Shown here piece by piece: positions 47,019 to 59,000 of a stretch of DNA of 64,000 nucleotides (position 1 is the stretch's first letter; every line of letters begins with the position of its first letter). Source of the stretch: Octopus bimaculoides (lineage: Eukaryota); contig NC_068982.1 of assembly GCF_001194135.2 (NCBI RefSeq), forward strand, positions 137,617,721-137,681,720, in the 5' to 3' direction. Under the pieces are notes generated by a model. That model saw only the letters and a list, made by a program, of their open reading frames with translations, did not search any database and was not told the origin of the DNA. The translations under genes and the position numbers were made by a program.

Positions 47019-50000
47019 GTATTTCTAAAATTTTCTATATTTGTTTTTTTGTTAATCAATCTCTTCTCTTCTGCAGATTGAATTAGATGTTAGTATTGTG
47101 GATGTTGACACAGTAATGTGCTAGCTTCAGCATTCAGTCTTTAAAAGAGAAGAGGTTGGTAAAACGCCAAACTTGCTATTTCCAGTCTGGTTTTTTAAGC
47201 CTGTCCTCATCTAGAGCTATGAATGGGTAATGATTGAAAGAATACAATCACAAATACAAGTGCGTGAAATAAAGTTTCTCCAAAGGATTTCTGGAGTAAT
47301 GTTACTCAATAGGATCCATAGCTTGGAGATCAGAGAGTCTCTCCAGGTCAAGCCACAACTTCTCCACACTGAGAGGTCACAGCTCCAGTATTAACACTGC
47401 TATCAGCTCACCACCTTTATTACTTATTACATTAACCTCATACAGATGAAAGGTAAAGTTAAAATTAGCAGGTTTTGAATTCAGTATACAAAAGAACTTT
47501 AATGAATGACACAGCAAGGCATTTTATCTGTTAGTGTAATGTCTCTGTCTGTCCACAACTTATTAAAAGGTCTATGTATCACTCCAGTTTCTTCTTGAAT
47601 ATTTTCTACTCCCAATCTTTTATATCTCTAACTAGCAAATACATCTGTCCTTTGGACAGTTTAAGTGGTTTTGATGGTATTTTTTTTCCACCAAATAATT
47701 GAACTTCCGAGAAGGTTTACAAGTAGCATGGCAATCTATGTTTCCGATTAACCTAGGAATGGAAAACCAAATTGAAGGCTGGTTATTGTGAAGGTCGTTG
47801 CCCTTTAATGATCTTAGAACATATAGGTTTTCAAGCGATGCAAAGTAGAGCTACTGAAGTGTTTTGGGAGTAGATTATGGATAATGACTACAAAATATAG
47901 TTGTTTTACATGAAAGCAAAATTTCTTGTCAGAAACAGCCACATAAATGGTGTAAGGAAATTGAAGGAAGACGAAACTTCCCCTCTGCAAGTTTATTTTG
48001 TTCAATGCAAAGGGAGCTATTTTTTCGGAGGGATAAGCTAACAAAAGCCCCTTTATTCTGTCTTCCCACATAGCCTGTGCATAAAGTTAAATTGGTATGG
48101 AGCTTTCTGAAAGATATGTATAGCTTTTGCTAGATTCTTTGTGATGAATCCGCAAGATTATTTGGGACCTGATTGTTTAAAGAAGGCTAGAACGACAATG
48201 CTAAAACGTATTTGAAACAATAGATAACAGTTAAAATATTATAATGGTTGGGTAAATAAGCATCCTTATAGAGAAACAACGTATTGGTAGGTAAACAAAG
48301 ATATCAACAAATAGAAGAGAGGGAAGGGAACATCACCTTTCAAGTAACTCAGAATAGGTAAAGGTAAGCTTGCTAAAGTTTAATGCAATTTAAATATGGA
48401 GATTAAGATTGTTTGGTATTGGATATTCATTGCGCACGGTGTTCCTAGTCAATTTAATCACCGTGGCAGGTGGACAGTCGAAATAAATAGACAAAATCCT
48501 TTCATTTTAATAAAAAGATTAAAAAAGTATGGAAGACCCTGCATACAAAAAAATTATGTCCATTCAAGTTCATTTATGTGGGAGGTCTGGGCAAAATATT
48601 TAGTGCATGACCATCCTTGGGACACAAGTAATGTATGTATCCATTTCTCATACACACACATACTGTGATTTATATATACTAAATAATGCAAAGGAGGATT
48701 GTTGAAATTATATTAGTTCTAATTCTAATTTACTACTGTCGTAAATATAGAATTGAATTTGCAAAATTCAGTACTTTTTCGTTTTCATTTCCACAATCAA
48801 ATTTCCACATTAATTACAGAATCAAATTGAAGAGGTATAAATATTTTATAAATGTTTAAATAGCTTGATTAGAGTTATATTTTTCAGACTATTAACATCA
48901 TCTTTAGAGACAAGAAACACTAAAAGAAATATTTATGCTTACCCTATGTTTTGATTAGTTTGATCTCCTGTGTCTTGTTCAGTTTGACCATCAAGTGTTT
49001 TGTTCCTAAATGTGTACACAACAACAGGCCACATTCTCATGAGACCTTTCATTTTTAATCTAAGAGTAAATAAAATTCTTACTGACTTGGCCACTGATGC
49101 AAAATTATAAATTTTTGAATGTTGTATTTTCAGGAAATGTTGCTGAAATATTCACAACTCGTTAAAACAACTACCAATAAAGTTGCTGAGATGATGGAAG
49201 CACTCCGACAGAATGCCTTACAAAAGTTATCTGCCCGTGGCAAGTTCAACACTCATGGAGTAGCCACTTTGAAACTCCGGATTAATTCTTGCAGGAAAAT
49301 AAAGGTACCAAATAGTTTTCCCTTATGCATTCAAATGTTGTTTTTTACATGGAAATGTGCTTTGCAATTACATTAAGAATTGTCATGTATTCTTTGAGTA
49401 TGAGGAGTATTTGAAGACACCAAATTATTTAGTAATGACCTTTCATTTCTATATTAACTTTTGTGGGGAAAATAATTTACTGTAGATATTAAATTTTTCC
49501 ATCAAAAACCTGTACTTCAAGCACAAGTTTCTTGCAGCCTTTAGACTGTCAACCCTCACCTGTTTCCAAGTAAAGTAATATTTTTCCTACACCTACAAAT
49601 ATAAGCAGCATGCTTGCTGGACCAGGTTTTCATGGAAGATAGCAAAACTTTGTTTGGCCTGGAACTGTCATAGTAGACATTTGCCCATGCAGTTGAACTA
49701 AATCCAAAATTTTGGTTGGGAAGCTAACTTCTAAACCACTTGACCATGCCTGCCCTTATAAATTGTTTTTCAGTACCCTTATTTTTATTGCTTGTTTTTG
49801 TTACACAACCAAGTGTAGCTGTGTAGGCCTTAAATATGTGTATGATTTTGTTTTGGTTTTCTATTTCCTGTTGCTTGACGATTGACTGCTTTCTCTAGTA
49901 TTTGTGTGCAGTAACTAGTCGTGTTGCATTTTTTAAATCTTCTGATGGTGTTGTCAGCTACCTCAGTGTACACCTTTTCAATCTGGTTGCACATTCTGTT

Positions 50001-53000
50001 GATGTCTTCTTTGACTTCCAATACTTGGAGTTGGCTGAGAATGCTCATTGTCAAGTAGCTGCAATGAGTCCAAAAATGATACAATTGAGATTACAACAAT
50101 CTTCAACAGGATGGAACTAGATCAGACAACATCTACAGACAAGATTGATTGAGAAAACAATTGTATGGTGGCACTAAAGTGGCAGCCGGAAGGGAAAAGT
50201 GCAGCAGAGTGCCCTGAGGCCACAAAGCAAAGGACGATTGGTTACAAAAGGAGATGAGAAGGGTAAAGAAGCTGGAATGAGATTAGAATAATGGCAGAAA
50301 ACAGAACTGATTGGAGAAACCATGTTGCAGCCTTACGATGATACAGAGAGAACTAACTAACTAGTAGTGTTATATTCTGTATGTGTGCATATTTTGTAAG
50401 TTTTTATACATTTGTCTGTATGTTTTCTAGTCATCCTTAAGTCATCTATTTCTACAGAGATTGTTTCCAATCCCTAACACTGTTGATTTGCTTTCCTGAT
50501 TCACTTTCACCATAATATTCAGCTGATTAACTTTGATCTCCTTCACTACGTCGACTGGAATACACCATCTTTTTTCTGTTGATATTTCAAAATACTTAAT
50601 TTCCAGTGTATTAAAGCACCATCTGACATACTTGTAGGAAAATTCTCTCTTGACTATGACCACATAACCAGAGACAATATACTTGCTTCTTCCCAACTTC
50701 TACATATTCTGCTGTTACCTAATGTAATTTGCTTCTTTATATGCAAATGATTGATTCCACAAGAATTAAAGACAAAGTCGACTTCAAATAATTCTTTTGT
50801 CATTAAATATTATTTTAATTTTTTGTTTCCAATTTCAAGATTTCCAATTCTGAAATTATAGAAGTCAATCTACAACAAACTGGACTTTTCTTGCGAACAA
50901 AAATTGCTGAAATGTGTGGAGTACAAACAGAAAATATTAAAATGATAGTTTCTGGTCGTCTCTTATCAGATGAACAATCACTCTGTGACCAAAATGTTAA
51001 GGTGAGAAACCATTTTGGCGTCAAGTTTTCTATCAACATGGACCTGATGGGGTTTTGAAAATATCTATATTTTTATATTTGTCTTTGATACTGGTTGCAT
51101 GAGGAAGTACATCCAGCCTTAGAAACCTTGTCAACATGGAAAGTCGATGTAAAGTGATGTGCACACACACACACACATACATACACATGCGCACGCATGC
51201 ACAAGGTTTTGAAATTCGCTTTATAACCTGGCTTTGGGTTCAGTCTCATTACATCTCATATTGGCCTAGTGTCTTCTGCTATAGCCCTAGGCCAACCGAT
51301 GTTTTGTGAGGGAATTTGGTTGAAGGAAACTAAAAAAATATGTAGCAAATAAGTAACAAGGATGTCCAGGTATCAGTGCATTGCATCCGTTTTAGCTCTA
51401 ACTCTAAAGGGTTCTAGACTATATATGCTGCATAAAATCTTATAAATAAAATAAAGATAAATGTAAATTTGCTGTCTCACCATTCCTTTTTCTTGACCCC
51501 CCCCCCTCAATTTTCCTCTACTACTCTCTAAATTATAGTAGGTTTTAGATTTACATTTTTCCTTAAATTCATTCTGCCACAAACATAGCAAAGGGAAACA
51601 ATGTAATTATTTTGGTTTCTAGTACTTATGTAAATTGTGCTAAAAAATTGTTTATCCTTTATATTGGAAATCTATATGGTCATCTGCCACTGAGGAGAGC
51701 AGTTTATTTCAAATTGATGTAATGTTTTCATTGATCGATTAAATGGAGCCGCTTGAAACGGTTGTAATGTATTGATACCTGGACATCCGTTTTACTTATT
51801 TGCTTTTTATTCACCTCACTTCGAGCTGCGTGGATTATACCGAACTGGCTTGGTTCTTCAATTTAAGTACCTAATTCAACTGAATCGTAATTATTTTTAA
51901 AATAAATATATATACATATATCATTATCATCATCATCGATTAACGTCCATTGAGCCTGGTGCAGCCTCTGGCTCACCAGTCCTCAGTCAAACCGTCCAAC
52001 CCATGCGAGCATGGAAAGCAGACGTTAAACGATGATGATGACGCTGATGATTTCCATGCTGGCATGGGTTGGATGGTTCAACTCGGATCTGGAAGCTGAA
52101 AGGCTGCACCAGGCTCCAGTCTGATCTGGCAGTGTTTCTACAGCTGGATGCCCTTCCTAACGTCAACCATTCCAAGAGTGTAGTGGGTGCTTTTTTTACG
52201 TGCCACTGGCACAGGGGCCAGAGGGGGCTGGCATCGACCATGATCAGATGGCGCTTTTTACGTGTCACCAGTGAAGACGGCGCTGGCATCGGCCATGTTC
52301 AGATAGTGCTTTTTACTTGCCACTGGCACAGGGACCACAACTACAATTTCCATTTGATTGTGATTTAATTTGATTTTGATGTTGATGTACTTGACTCAAT
52401 ACGTCTCCTCAAGCACAGCATATCGCCCTATGATCCAAGGTACTTTTGGAGTGGGCTGGTTATGTGACACTGGTGTAGGTTACAGCTGTGAACTCACTTC
52501 TATTTGCTGGGTTTCTCAGTCACAGCATATCTCCAGAGGTCTCAGTCTTTTGTCATTGCCTCTGTGAGGCCCAACATTCGAAGGTCATGCTTCACCACCT
52601 CATCCCATGTTTTCCTGGGTCTCCCTCTACTTCGGATTCCTTCAACTGTTAGGGAGTGGCACTTCTTCACACAGCTCCCCTCGTCCATCTGCAGTACATG
52701 ACCATACCAATACAAACGTCTCTCTTGCACGCCACATCCGATGCTTCTTATGTCCAACATTTCTCTCAGGGCGCTTACACTCAGTTGTGTGTGCACGTTG
52801 ATATTACATCCAGTGGATCATGCTAGCTTCATTTCTTTCAAGCCTACGCATGTCCCCCGCAGTCAGGCCCTTTGTCACCAGTAGGGGTAGAAGCTTTCTG
52901 AATTTTGCCCAGGCTATTCTTATTCTAGTGGTAACACTCTCAGTGCATCCACCTCCCACTTCAGACTTGGTCACCTAGGTAGCGGAAGTTATTAACTACT

Positions 53001-56000
53001 TCTAGTTTCTCCCCCTGGCATGTGATGGAATCTGATTTCTGAGCACCTGTGGTGTTTATTGCCCTTGTGCATCTGCTGCACATGAAAGCTATCTTCCCAG
53101 TTAATCTTCTTTTGATGTTGCTGCACCACTTATGTGTCCATAGCTTACACTGGGTACATCTTATGGAGTTTCTACCTACGCCGTTTCTACAGATCGAGCA
53201 GGGCCTCCTACCTGAAGGGGTGTGTGATGTATTTGCCTTCCTACTTACTAGAACTTTGGTCTTTGCGACATTGACTCTAAAGCCCTTCTATTCTAAACCT
53301 TGCTTCAACACCTGAAATTTGGTAGTGATTCTGCTATGAGGGCCAGGTCATCAGCATAGAAGAGATCCCAGGGGCAACCTGTCTTGAATTCCTCTGTTAT
53401 TGCCTGGAGGACTATGATGAATAAGGGGAGCTGAGGGCTGATCCTTGGTGAACCCCTACTACTACCTGGAATTCTTCACTACACTCATTGCCAACCCTAA
53501 CCTTACTAATGGCATCTCTGTATAGGGCCTGTACAGCCCTTATTAACCATTCATCAATCCCCAGTTTCTGCATCACCCACCAGATAAGGGATCGGAATCC
53601 CTGTCAAAGGCTTTCTGCAAGTCCACAAAAGCCAAGTATAGGGGTTTATCTTTGGCTAGGTATATATACATATATACATATAGATATATATATATATGTA
53701 TATATTGTTGATGTTGATGACTAAAGTATGAGAGAGGGACAAACACAGGCATCTTGCTATGAAAGAGATATGTAGCTACCCAGCATTATATAAGGGGTGG
53801 ATAGCTGGGAAGAAGTTATAAAGCAGGAATATAATAAACAACATTGTATTTTATTTTCTTTCAGTGCAACAGTTTGGTTCTGGTGATTGTGTCTCAGTTT
53901 ACACCCAGTGAAGTGCATATAATGGAAGGATCAATGATGGATTTGGCTAATTCTAGAAAAGAAGCTGAAATTTTATCTTCTAAAGTTGAAGGTAAGTGTT
54001 TTTTTTTTTATATTATAGAAATCAAATTATATAATGGCTAATTACATGTAGATTTAAAATTGTAGGATTGGTAATTATAATGGTGATTGTAATTATTATG
54101 CCTGTCAAAGTCCACTTTGTCTTTCAGTTCTAGAGTACATTAACCCTTCTTTACCACATTCACATTATTCTGTGAAAAGAAATACTTATTTATTCACATT
54201 CATCATCATCATCATCGTCGTTTAACATCCGCTTTCTATGCTGGTATGGATTGGACGGTTTGACTGAGAACTGGCAGGCTGGGAAGCTGCACCAGGCATC
54301 CAATCTGATTTGACAAGGTTTCTACAGTTGGATGCCCTTCCTAATGCCAACCACTCCAAGAGTGTAGTGGGTGCTTTTTACATGCCATCAGCATGGGAGC
54401 CAGTCAGGCGGCACTGGCATCGGCCACGCTCAAATGATGCTTTCTACGTGCTATTGTCACAGGTGCTAGTCAGGTGGCACTGGCATTGACTATGCTCAAA
54501 TGGTACTTTTTACCATGTCCTGTTTTGTAGCTGTGAGATTTTAATGAGGTAACTGTGAATTGTTTAGAATGATATTGTGGGGTTGATGTGAGAAACCAGA
54601 TCTGGCCAGTTTAAATATAAAACAAGTAGAATATTTTGACCAGATATGGTCAATTTAAATGCTAAAGGGTTAAAAAAAAATACTGAATATTGCATTGGAA
54701 TCAAAATGCTGCAAAACATTTTGTCCAATAAGTATAATTATACCTTTTTTTAGTTTTTGAACTTTAATTTTATCATTCAATTTTCTGAAATGAAAATAAT
54801 ATAAATAATTTTCCATATTTTTCAGACAGTTCAGATGATACGCCATTTTTGGAGATTACTGACCAGAATGGCCGACCTCTAAAGTTACCAGCGAGTGAGA
54901 AAAAGGTGAAATTTTCTGGTGAAAATATTAAGCCTAAATTAATATTGTTTACTTTTATATTTTAATTCTTATTTTGGCTCTGAGGCAGCAAGTTGGCAGA
55001 ATCGTTAGCATGCCAGGCAAAATGTTAAATTGCATTTCGTCTTTCTTTACATTCTGAGTTCAAATTCTGTCCATGCTGACTTTGCCTTTCATCCTTTTGA
55101 GGTTGATAAAATAAGCCCCAGTTGAGCACTGAGGTCAATGTAATCGACTCAGCCCCTCCCTCGAATTTGCTGGCCTTGTGCTAAAATTTGAAACCAATTT
55201 TTGTTTTAACTCTTCAATTATTTGTCTGAAAGGCTTGAGGTACAAACTGATTGGTTACCAGTTGGCTGTATGGTTAAGAAGTTTGTTTCACAATCCCATG
55301 ATTCTAGGTTCAGTCTCACTGCATGGCCCCTTCGGGAAGTGTCTTCCACTATTACTCCAGACTGACCAATACCTTGTGAGTGAATTTGGTAGATGAAAAC
55401 TGCACAAAGACCATCGTGTGTGTGTGTGTGTGTGCATGCACTTGTGTGACTGTCAATGTTTTATCGTCATCATCATCATCATCATTTAATGTCTGTTTTC
55501 CATGGTGGCATGGGTTGGATGGTTTGACAGGAGCTGATAAGCCAAGCTCCACTGTCTGCTTTGGTATGGTTTTTACAGCTGGATGCCCTTCCTAATGCCA
55601 ACCACTTTACCGAGTGCTCTGGATGCTTTTCACATGGCACCAGCACCAGTGTGACATGCTTTGCCCCTTCTTATTGGTGTTTACTGTTGTCATTTCCCTG
55701 TCGATAATATATCAGCTTGTAACTCTCTGGTTTGGAGTATCCATCTATAACCCTGTGTGAAATACGTCCCTTTCCATCGCATTCTAACAAGGTAAAAATG
55801 GACCTTAAACAAATGATGAAAATACAGTTTCATAAATGGAACTAAATTCTTTGATTTATGTTGCAGGCTCTAGCTTTTGCTATGGCACTTAATGAGAAAG
55901 GAAGATCATACTTGAAACAGAAAGACTATTCTTCAGCTCTCATTTTACTCCTGGAAGCAGACAGTGAGTTTAAGTAAGACATTTTATTATCAGTTTTATA

Positions 56001-59000
56001 TTTAAGAGACGAGGAATTATGTACATTATTTACATTATTTACATTTGACGGATATTTGTCCTCATCTTGTTTGTTGTGAACACAACGTTTCGGCTGATAA
56101 TACCCTCCAGCCTTCATCAAGTGACTTGGGGAAATTTCGAACCTGGGTTCTCATTCCTGAGGTATTTTTCGATGTTATTATTATTATTATTATTCAGGTC
56201 ACTGCCTGGAATCGAACTTGGATTCTTGGGGTTAGTAGCCCGTGCTCTTAACTACTATGCCATTTGGAGGGTATATCAGCCAAAACGTTGTGTCTACAAC
56301 AAACAAGATGAGGACAAATATCTGTTAAATGTAAATAATGTATTTTATTATCAATCATTTAGTACCTGAAATAGTTGTGAGTGTGTGTATAGGTATAATG
56401 ACTGAGTGGTTAAAATACTAGGTAAATGAGACACAATTAACTGCAGTTAAGGTGTTTTTGATCAAAATACACTACAAATCCATTAGTGATTATGATATGA
56501 AGTTATTTAAGGCAGCAAGCTGGGAGAATTGTTAGCACATTGGGCAAAAGTCTTAGTGGCATTTCATGTCTTTATGTTCTGAGTTCAAATACTGCCCAAG
56601 TCGACTTTCCATTTCATCCCTTCAGAGCCAATAAAACAAGTAATGAGTGATCACTGGTGGATTGGTATAAAAGACATTTTGCTCCCCCCAAATTCCTCGC
56701 TTTGTGCTAAAATTTGAAACTATTATGGTAACAAGTTATGTATCTATTTTTCCTTTAAATATTTCATTGAATTCTTAAAAATTCTCTTATCAATTTTGTA
56801 AGCATAGGAAAATGATCAGACAAATGTTTTATTATAAACTGAAGATTGATGTAAGATTGAGGGGCAAAAACATTTTTGTGCTAAAGCATTATACACAATA
56901 AAGTAGTTGTATGCTGTCAATTTAATGTGACAGTCCCAATAAGGGAATCATACTACTGCTATTTAACACTAGGAAGCTGCACCGCTTCCTGTCGGCCTTG
57001 ACACATTTCCTGTGTCCTTATGTTCACTGGTGGATTGGTATAAAAGACATACCTTCTCCCCCAAAATTCCTGGCTTTGTGCTAAAATTTGAAACCATTAT
57101 GGTAACAAGTTATGTATCTATTTTTCCTTTAAATATTTCATTGAATCCCCCCCCTCGTAAACATAAGGACACAGGAAATGTGTCAAGGCCAACAGGAAGC
57201 GGTGCAGCTTCCTAGGGCTAAATAGCAGTAGTATGATTCCCTTATTGGGACTGTCCCATTAAGTTGACAGCAAACAACTACTTTATCGTATCACTACTGC
57301 ATAAATCACTCTGAGAGATTTAGAAATGTATTATTTCTAAAGTATTATACACACCCAGCTTGAAAAGAAAATAATGTTTGTTGTGTCCCTTGGACTTGGT
57401 ATTTGCTGTGTAACAGATGACCGAGTGAAGTAAACCATTTTCCAGACGGACAAGTATTTGAATGTTAAGTTATCTTCATGAATGGGCATGACAAAGAAAA
57501 AAGATAAACTCAGAAGTCATCATAGCTACTGATGCATTGTCCCTACTGAATGTTATCTCAGCCATTTTTTTCTGTGTCTGAGTAAATATTGCAGCATTAA
57601 ATCCCTTGATAACTTTATAGTGTGTGGCAAAAAGAAAACTCAGATTTACCATTCTTGATTAAAGTTTCAATGGCATACACATGATGTGTATCACACTAAT
57701 TCATGAATGATGGGAACTGAAAAGAAAAACAAAAAAGAAATGGTAAAATATAAACCACATGAAGACATCATTTACAAGTGCCACACCAATGGCCATTCAA
57801 AATAAAAAGTCTTTCAGCTGCATCCTTTACTTGCAGGCATTTGTAATGAAATTATTCACTTGTAGAACTCAAAATTGATATGTGCACTAAACATTTACGT
57901 CATGAGTAGGCAGTGAGGCGTCCACCTATGGTCAGTTTTATGCCAGCCAATTAAAGTTTGGAAGTCTCAGTCCTCTGGTATTTTCCTTTCGTAAGAGGGA
58001 AAGCCATTTTCGTTTGTTTGGGTCTCTTTTATTGATAGTCTTGGAAACCATTTGGTACACTTGTTGTCTTCCTTGCAAGGTGAATTCCTGTTGAGGAAAC
58101 TACACGGACCATGAATCATTTAACAACATTGTGGAGTTCTTCCTGCTTGTTGGGGTCTGGAAGCACTGTTCTAAAAATGCCACCATGGACTACGGACATT
58201 AAATAATAATGACAATGATGTATTGTCTTTAGATTGTCATATTCTGTCTTTCCTTCTTACCAAAACTTTTGTCTTTTCTCTGTTTACCTTGAGACCTCTT
58301 GATTCTAGGCTCTGTTTCCACCTTTGGAATTACTTAAATTCTTTGATAAAATCACTTATGAGAACTAGGCCATTGGCATAAAATTCCCCCAGATAGCTAA
58401 CCTTAAGCTCCTCTCTTATAGGAGAATTCTAAAGAACAGGAGGAAGCTGAGAACCAAACCCTAAAAGTGTGGAATGAGAGGACTGGACACAGCTGACTGG
58501 ACATTCAGTCTGTTTTGACACTGGAGGCAAACACATACATACACACACAGAAAGACATACACCCATACACACATATGTATATATATATATATATATAAGC
58601 AATGTTAATTCTCTAAATGAAGTATTAACAGTAACTGCACGATAAAGTGTAGTATATTGCCACTTAAGTGTGGCTGACCCCTAGGGGTGGATGTTACTGT
58701 TGCTTTTAGCCCCAGGAGGACATCTCCTCCAGCTGGCTTATCGACACACGACTGTGTCCTGTTTGCCAAGGGAAGTTNNNNNNNNNNNNNNNNNNNNNNN
58801 NNNNNNNNNNNNNNNNNNNNNNNNNNNNNNNNNNNNNNNNNNNNNNNNNNNNNNNNNNNNNNNNNNNNNNNNNNNNNNNNNNNNNNNNNNNNNNNNNNNN
58901 NNNNNNNNNNNNNNNNNNNNNNNNNNNNNNNNNNNNNNNNNNNNNNNNNNNNNNNNNNNNNNNNNGAGAGAGAGAGAGAGAGAGAGAGAGAGGTTGTAGC

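Noticed and set aside
47760-48668. Short ORFs with a coding-like look (47814 minus, 48396 plus)
   Set aside because: No motif could be assigned with confidence; probably a decayed retroelement inside NUB1 intron 1.
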